This document shows, one piece after another, positions 63,380 through 64,000 of a stretch of 64,000 nucleotides of DNA. Made by a program: the position numbers and the translations under genes. Each line of letters opens with the position of its first letter. The stretch's first letter is position 1. The notes under the pieces were generated by a model, which was not told the origin of the DNA, did not search any database, and saw only the letters and a list, made by a program, of their open reading frames with translations. This DNA comes from Negaprion brevirostris. Its lineage: Eukaryota. The stretch is taken from assembly GCA_030324005.1 (NCBI GenBank), contig JARDVH010000084.1, positions 91,434,129 through 91,498,128 of the forward strand, in the 5' to 3' direction.

Positions 63380-63406
63380 CTTTCTTGGCGTCAGTGAGCT
63401 TTTTTT
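63380..63406 (-). CDS. 27-nt microexon EKKLTDAKK
   Basis: gatgtttctcaacag|AAAAAAAGCTCACTGACGCCAAGAAAG|gtaaaa. Confidence 0.78.
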
Positions 63407-64000
63407 CTGTTGAGAAACATCAACAATCACTTTGCTGTAATGCCGGAAAATATCTATGATTTGTGTTCATTGGCAATTCTTGATAATGTTTGCAACCACG
63501 ATATAGAAGAATGTCACTAACGTAATAGCGAAGCACTGCCGCTGCTGGAGGTCAGNNNNNNNNAAGAATAAGTAAAGAACGGACTGCAAGGACGCTGTGC
63601 CATTCGGTGAGAGTACGGACGATCTGATTGTGATTTCAAATTCACTTTCCTGTCCGCCAAAAACATTTACCTCCCTTGCATTTGAAAAAGCTATCAAACT
63701 TAGATTGAATGAGATGAATCGCCAAACGCTTTTTGGCGCAGAGAATTCGACAGGCCAATGATATTTGGAGAGAAATAATATATTTGAATCTATATTTCTG
63801 ATTGTTGAATTCTGATTTTAAACATTGTCCCCTCGTTCCAGACTGCCCACAAAATTATCATCTTCTTGCGCTGCATCTTATAAAGTCCCATCACGATATT
63901 TTATGTTTCAGTGACATCACCCTGCGTTCTGCAGAATTACAATGCATAAAGTATCTTGTACGCGAACATAAAATCGGAATGCTGCTCTATACCCATCGTA

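Noticed and set aside
1-64000. V(D)J recombination signal sequences or Ig/TCR segments
   Set aside because: The CACAGTG/CACTGTG heptamers I checked lack correctly spaced nonamers; many are in SINE heads.

Overview
Vertebrate genomic DNA, most likely from a cartilaginous fish (shark-type V-SINEs, CR1, Rex1/Babar and Penelope-like repeats), from a fragmented, N-gapped assembly. The ORF track is nearly all noise or repeat-derived. Reading minus-strand splice signals reveals a hidden gene across the whole window: about 28 microexons (mostly 27 and 36 nt, some 18/24/33 nt), each with AG...GT boundaries, a length divisible by 3, and an open phase-1 frame. Joined, they encode a charged coiled coil in which alternating 27+36 nt exons give exactly 3 heptads, and a 27-24-27-27 exon module occurs twice. 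No start, stop, transmembrane or globular-domain exon was found, so the gene is unidentified. Other content: one orphan SLC5A5 (NIS)-like exon that is probably a chimeric assembly insert, an intact minimal hammerhead ribozyme in a Penelope-like terminus, nested retroelements and several inverted-repeat structures. Exon coordinates were counted by hand; repeat boundaries are approximate and family names come from recognition, not a database search.
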